DNA of 64,000 bases. Origin: an uncultured virus (IMG/VR IMGVR_UViG_3300031595_000004) (lineage: Duplodnaviria > Heunggongvirae > Uroviricota > Caudoviricetes). Position 1 is the stretch's first letter, and each line of letters begins with the position of its first letter. Positions 58,711 to 64,000 of this stretch are shown here, one piece after another. The translations under genes and the position numbers were made by a program. The DNA is taken from the IMG/VR virus record IMGVR_UViG_3300031595_000004; one strand, 5' to 3'. The notes beneath the pieces were generated by a model. That model saw only the letters and a program-made list of their open reading frames with translations, did not search any database and was not told the origin of the DNA.

Positions 58711-59716
58711 ATGGCCGCTATCGATTGGCAGAAGAGACCTGCAATACCGACAAAGCCGTACTGTGGCAAGTGTAAGGGGAGCGGCATCTATCGAGAGAGG
58801 TCAAGGAGGGGCGCTTATCACAAATGCAGTTGCGGACGGCTCCCAAACGCGACCGCCGCACTCAAGCTCACCAAACAGGATGTTCTCCTAAAACGTCTCT
58901 CCGAACTCAAAACGAAAGGCTGGTAATGCCCATGGCCGGCTCCGACGATTTACAACTTGCTGCCGACGTCAAGCGAGAGATGCTCACCAAACTCAAAGTG
59001 ATTCAGGAACGGCTAAAAGGAGGATTTCCAACTTCGAGGGAACTACACGACCTCGCCGCCAACCGTTGGAAGGGCGGGGAAGGTAAAGAGATCATCCGGA
59101 TGTCGCTTGTCGAACTCACCGAACTCATTGACATTCTCATCCGGAAAGCGTGAGAGAGTCCCATGTCAAAAGTTCATGAACTGCGCCCTCCTCACTACGT
59201 AACGAAAAAAGACGGAACGCTACTACTCGACAAGGAAACAGGTGCGCCTGTCTGGTGCGGGAGTGCGGCAAGCCGTATCGAGCAATATAAGAGTCAAGCG
59301 GCTCCCGAGCTTACGAAAGAACTCGAGAGAGTCAAAGCGAGACTCGCATACTTCGAAAACAAATACGGTTTTATGGAAACACAAGAGTGGCAAGAAGCTA
59401 TCAAGAAAGACAATGAACTCTATACAAATAGAGTCAGCGGAAAGGCTGTCCCATGATCCATGAAAGTCCAGAAAACTGGCCGAATCACCAAGCGCCGCTC
59501 AATGACGATGAGGCGCTCACGGTCGCCAAACTCATCTTGAACGGTAAACACAAGAGCTACATCGAAGGAGCCAAACGACTCGCGCAGTACGTCATCGCGC
59601 TTCACCAGCAGGCAGAAGACATCGAAAAGCTTCTGGACGATGCAGTCCACGATACGATTCCTGAGATATTTGCAGCCGAGGCGCCGCTCGCTATAGCCGA
59701 ATCTGCCGAGCCGTGA
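58711..59716 (+). CDS. Four small hypothetical genes (58711-58926, 58926-59153, 59163-59456, 59453-59716)
   Basis: Tightly packed or overlapping ORFs. Confidence 0.6.
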
Positions 59717-61974
59717 GACTCTCCTATCACTTTCCGTCTGGAGACCCATGCCGCATCTGTAAACGCCCCGCTTCTTCCCACCGTATTACCCACGCCTCCG
59801 AGGGAAATCCTTGCGCGCGATGCGGCTACGGAGCGGGATATCACACGAGCATTGCGAAACGAGTATTGAGCGACAAAGAATCACCCCAAAACGAATACCT
59901 CGGCATCGACGGAGAGGGACAGGGGCGAGAGGACCACCGCTATATCTTTCTTGCCGTAAGCAGTAGTGACGGCACGCAAAGGTGGTCTATCGACGGCAAA
60001 GTAGAATCGGAGACCGACAAGCGAAGAGTGCGTCTCACGACCAAGGAATCGCTCGATTTCATTCTTTCAATTCCTAAGACCAAACGTACCAAAATCTTCG
60101 CATACGCCTTTCAGTACGATCTCACCAAGATTTTGACCGACGTCGACACTCGGTCCTTGTACCGGCTCTTTAGACCTGAAACGAGAAAACGCCGACCTGA
60201 CGATACGCGCAAGGGCCTTATACCTATCTACTGGCACGGATACGTCATCAATCTTCAGGCGAGCAAGTTTACGGTCAAAAAGGGCCCAAGACGCGCGACC
60301 ATTTGGGATATCTTCAAGTTCTTTCAAGGCCGATTCGTCGCTGCCATCCAAGACTGGAAAGTCGGCACTCCCGCCTTATGGGAGCGGATGGCGCGCATGA
60401 AAGAACAGCGCGCCGACTTTGACAAGCTCGATTGGGACAGTGTCAAGGAATACTGCTACGAAGAATGCGCCTCGATGGCCGCCTTGGCTCAAAAGCTCAC
60501 CGAGGCTCACGAGAAGGCTGGACTCAAACTCAAGAATTATTACGGAGCCGGCTCAAGCGCCGAAGCGATGCTCACTGTAATGGGGATAAAAGCGCGCCTG
60601 AGACCATGTCCAGAAGAACTAAAGGACGTTGCCCAGCGCGCCTTTTTCGGCGGTCGGTTCGAGAATTCAGTCTTGGGGACTATTTCAGGCACTCTCTACG
60701 GATACGATATCTCGAGCGCGTACCCGTACGAGCTATGCTTTTTGCCATGTCTCGAACACGGGAGATGGCAGTGGACTCTGGAGCGAAAGGATCTAGAAGG
60801 TCCCCACGTCACTTGCGCTTTGGTACAATATAAGTTGGGTAGAATAAAAAAGGAGGCAGGGCTGGCAACCGGACACTGGGGGCCATTTCCTTTTCGTGAG
60901 AAAGACGGAAGTATTTGTTTCCCAGTCTCGTCGGGCGGAGGATGGGTGTATCGAGAAGAGTATCTCGTAGGCGAGAGACTTTTCCCCAATACGGAATTTC
61001 ACGGAGCCTGGGTCTATAAAACGACGTGCGACTGCCAACCGTTCAAGAAGATTCCCGGGTACTACACCGAGCGGGTACGAATCGGAAAGGAAGGTCCGGG
61101 AATCGTCATCAAACTTGGATGCAATAGCTGCTATGGAAAGCTCGCGCAATCCGTTGGCGCCGCGCGGTTTCAATCGTGGCTTTGGGCGGGGATGATAACG
61201 AGCGGCACGCGCGCAAAGCTTTTGGAGATGGTGGGACTCGTCAAAGACCGAGCTTCAATTCTAATGATGGCGACGGACGGAATTGTTTCGAGAGAACGAA
61301 TCAGGGCGCCACGTCCCAAGGACACGGGCACGTTTGACGTCGTCAAGATGAAGGACGGAAAACCGGATGGCGATCCAGTCCCGCTCGGCGGATGGGAAGA
61401 GAAAATCAATACCAAAGGGATGTTTTTCGCTCGACCTGGAATCTACTTCCCACTATCCCCAACGGCCAAAGAGGCCAGTAGCGTACGCGGGCGGGGAGTC
61501 GGCCGGAAAGCCATCCTAGAGAACTGGCAAGACATCGTCTCCGGATACGAGCGCCTCAAAGAGGAAAAGAAACTCACCACGGGTACGGTCAAGATATCAG
61601 AAGTGTCGCGGTTCTGCGGAGTCAAGAGTTCGATAACTCCGTCCGATAAGAACGGCAAAAAACTCTATACGCGCGCGTACGGCAAGCCTGACCCCAAACG
61701 CCCAGGCCACCAAACGCCGTCCTACGGGCAATGGATCGTGCGCCCCGTCGAGCTATCCTTCGATCCGATGCCAAAGAGGACCGCGGTCGGAGAGGCAATC
61801 CTTGGACATCTTGCAAGCAGTCTTACCGTACGGAAAGTGAGTCAGAGATTGACGAGCGCCGTGTATGAGAAAGCGCTTGACGAAGAAGGGAAACAACTCA
61901 GGGAAGCAAAAGACGAAGTCGAGGAACAACCGGACTGCGATCTATTCGAAGATGAAAACGAGAGTAATTCATGA
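59713..61974 (+). CDS. polB: Family B DNA polymerase, protein-primed (phi29/PRD1) type
   Basis: ExoI IDGEG, ExoII YDL, FFGGRFE, motif A YDISSAYP, TPR1-like GPFPFR..G.I.FP, motif B KLGCNSCYGK, motif C ATDGI. Confidence 0.9.
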   Translation: MRLSYHFPSGDPCRICKRPASSHRITHASEGNPCARCGYGAGYHTSIAKRVLSDKESPQNEYLGIDGEGQGREDHRYIFLAVSSSDGTQRWSIDGKVESETDKRRVRLTTKESLDFILSIPKTKRTKIFAYAFQYDLTKILTDVDTRSLYRLFRPETRKRRPDDTRKGLIPIYWHGYVINLQASKFTVKKGPRRATIWDIFKFFQGRFVAAIQDWKVGTPALWERMARMKEQRADFDKLDWDSVKEYCYEECASMAALAQKLTEAHEKAGLKLKNYYGAGSSAEAMLTVMGIKARLRPCPEELKDVAQRAFFGGRFENSVLGTISGTLYGYDISSAYPYELCFLPCLEHGRWQWTLERKDLEGPHVTCALVQYKLGRIKKEAGLATGHWGPFPFREKDGSICFPVSSGGGWVYREEYLVGERLFPNTEFHGAWVYKTTCDCQPFKKIPGYYTERVRIGKEGPGIVIKLGCNSCYGKLAQSVGAARFQSWLWAGMITSGTRAKLLEMVGLVKDRASILMMATDGIVSRERIRAPRPKDTGTFDVVKMKDGKPDGDPVPLGGWEEKINTKGMFFARPGIYFPLSPTAKEASSVRGRGVGRKAILENWQDIVSGYERLKEEKKLTTGTVKISEVSRFCGVKSSITPSDKNGKKLYTRAYGKPDPKRPGHQTPSYGQWIVRPVELSFDPMPKRTAVGEAILGHLASSLTVRKVSQRLTSAVYEKALDEEGKQLREAKDEVEEQPDCDLFEDENESNS

Positions 61975-63163
61975 ACTCAACAATCGATTGGTCCTCATTC
62001 GACAAGTACCTCGAATCCAATTGCGAATGCAGTTGCGGCGTCACATTTCAAAGTCACGCCAAAGCGGTTCGAGACGGAATAAGCTGGACGCTCGTGTCAA
62101 GAAAGCCTTGTCCGAAGTGCGGCAAAAGTAGCGGTCTTCGGTCCATTCGTTCGGACTCGGAAAACGGATAGTTCCTATGTCCAAAGACGATAAGAAACTT
62201 CCCATCGTTTACTTCCACGTGGATGTCATATGCCACGAGTGTGCGCGGGTTACGGAATTTATCCTCGACAAGCCCATTGCATTCAAGGAAGAACTTGCCG
62301 AATGGCGGAAGAACATTCCTCTTTGTCAAGAGTGCAAATCTACTCAATCGATAACATCCGAACGTCATATCTGCTATGTGGACGGATGCTTCGACGGAAT
62401 AAAACTCAAACAAACGTGCAAACCACCACTTCATTTCTTGTGTCTCGCGCACGCGCGCTACGTGCGTAAGGAACTTATCCTTGCTCTTGCCAAAGAAAAA
62501 GCCGGCAGTCTTCGCCGTATTGCCGTACGCCACCGAACTCTCGCCGAGGTCACATTTCTTTGCTACGGAGGCGCCGTCGCCAAACCGTATATCGAAGATG
62601 CGGAAAAATGGCGCAAGCGCGCATTCGATAACGACGAGGGAGACCCGCTCGAATATCCGCTATCCAAGTTGCCGCCACCTACGAAGGAGTAAGGGGGATA
62701 CAGAGATGTCCACTGCCACTCCTTCCTCACGGACGGCAATTGGGAATATCAGGAAGACAGTCGACATGAGAGGGATGGGGATAACAGTCCCATTACCAGA
62801 CTTCCCACCAGAAGAAGCGGAGATTTGGTTATGACTCATGAATGTCACGCTCACGGTTGCAATGTTGAAGTACCTCCCAAACTCTTCATGTGTAAACCTC
62901 ATTGGTATTCGCTCCGAAAGAAGATGCGAGACGCCATTTGGGATGAGTACCGCCCAGGTCAAGAGACCGATAAGAATCCTTCGGAACGGTATATGGCAGT
63001 CCAGCAACGTGCCGTCGCCGAAGTCGCTTACCGAGAATTCGGAATATTGGTCGCCAAGCCATACAACGATAACGCAGAGCACTGGCGCGAAGTCGCCATC
63101 GTCCGAGGGATGGGGGATCCGCTCGAAGCACTTTCTAAGCGTATTGTCAAGGAAATTGCGTAG
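61971..63163 (+). CDS. Small Cys/His-rich genes (61971-62171, 62177-62692, 62831-63163)
   Basis: Multiple CxxC/CxxH motifs; 62831 has HEC...GC...VP....MC..HW. Confidence 0.6.
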
Positions 63164-63242
63164 CCTACATTCTACGACCTAATTCAAGAATTATTGCTCC
63201 AGTCCTTCACTTACTCGAAGACCGTCCGTACCATCATGCATC

Positions 63243-63943
63243 ATGCTCAAGGTCATCGTCTCCTCCACCTGGACCCTCTACAGCTCTAACCCTCCGTCCG
63301 GTGTTTCGGAAACTATCCGAGCAACCGAGGCTCCGACACAGCGCGTCTCGTCAGCGCCCACTACGCCGGCTCCCTGCGATGGCACGGATTATGAATCCTG
63401 CAAGATGTACGCAGCCGTAGCAGTCAAGGGCGGCTTGGCTACCTACATGGCATCACAATAATTCACGCACTATCTTTACTTCTTCCGCGATTGGCCGTAC
63501 AAGAAGAAGGGTACACACCATGAAGCAAGCAGACATCAAGATCGGTCAAGTCGTTCTCACCAAGGTCGGCACTGACCTTGTGAAAGTCCGCGTGGACTCA
63601 TGTTCGCTAGCTACGGCGTTTAGTAATCGTACGCGCTTCATCGTGAGCCGTCTCGATAACGGAAAGACACTCCCGAAAGCCCGGACCGCAGCGTCACTTC
63701 GTCCAACCGGATAAGTCTATGACCAACGAAGAGATCCAGTTCATCGTCAGCACCACCAAACTTGTGGCCGAGCGCATTCAGGCCGCGGGCGAGATTTACA
63801 GCGGTCACCTGTACGGCGACCTTTTGGACGTCATGAGTTTCGACGCCTACAAAGCCGCAGTCCACAGTCTCAAGTCCGGCGGACTCGTGACCGAGATGCC
63901 AGGACACCTGCTTGTGTGGCGGGGAATTCCGAAGGGGAAGTGA
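63243..63943 (+). CDS. Three small hypothetical genes (63243-63461, 63520-63714, 63719-63943)
   Basis: Coding-strand ORFs bounded by copies of the 12-bp palindrome. Confidence 0.55.
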
Positions 63944-64000
63944 ATTCATGCACGATCATCGAACCTGCGAAGACGACCAAGACGCAACAAGGATGGCCGA

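Larger units (their letters stand above)
395..63954. promoter_or_regulatory. Dispersed 12-bp palindromic motif ARTTCANGMAYT, about 36 copies
   Basis: Copies start at 395, 1006, 2773, 7278, 14480, 16754, 17234, 18514, 21638, 22824, 25475, 26698, 28502, 30585, 31895, 32123, 33846, 36380, 37937, 41568, 43205, 44054, 45206, 46798, 47847, 49407, 52034, 54261, 55206, 55989, 58093, 59171, 61966, 63181, 63460, 63943. Confidence 0.9.

Noticed and set aside
63122..63150. Minus-strand TTGACA as a promoter
   Set aside because: No plausible -10 element at 16-18 bp spacing.
395..63954. The 12-bp palindrome as a LexA box, parS or integron attC
   Set aside because: Spacing differs from GAAC-N4-GTTC and from TGTTTCACGTGAAACA; there are no attC-size hairpins and no integrase.
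1..64000. tRNA/rRNA genes, integrase, transposase, reverse transcriptase
   Set aside because: None recognisable by eye; tRNAscan-SE and HMM searches would be needed to exclude them.

Overview
The window looks like most of one large, apparently tailless bacterial dsDNA virus genome (about 57% GC; host probably a diderm soil bacterium, by inference). It has two divergent arms that meet at about 55.45-55.53 kb. The right arm (+ strand) carries a phi29/PRD1-type family B DNA polymerase (59713-61974), an SSB-like protein and small phage ORFs. The left arm (- strand) starts with an early region (48.7-55.4 kb: RadA-like ATPase, KGG protein, Zn-finger ORFs) followed by about 48 kb of mostly structural genes. 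These include a candidate single jelly-roll capsid protein beside a transglutaminase-like Cys protease, many membrane proteins, peptidoglycan-binding and lysozyme-like enzymes, more than 20 tiny K/R-rich proteins, two families of fibre paralogues, glycosyltransferases, methyltransferases and an orphan response regulator. I found no terminase, portal, HK97 capsid, tail, integrase or A32/FtsK packaging ATPase. Four patterns stand out: (i) about 36 copies of a 12-bp palindrome at gene junctions; (ii) a recurring hydrophobic/His-Gly-(x)-Asp/Glu motif in putative virion precursors, suggesting proteolytic maturation; (iii) genes inserted between 90-119 bp direct repeats; (iv) face-to-face sigma70 promoters and a candidate antisense sRNA. 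All protein calls are by motif recognition only; no database searches were run.
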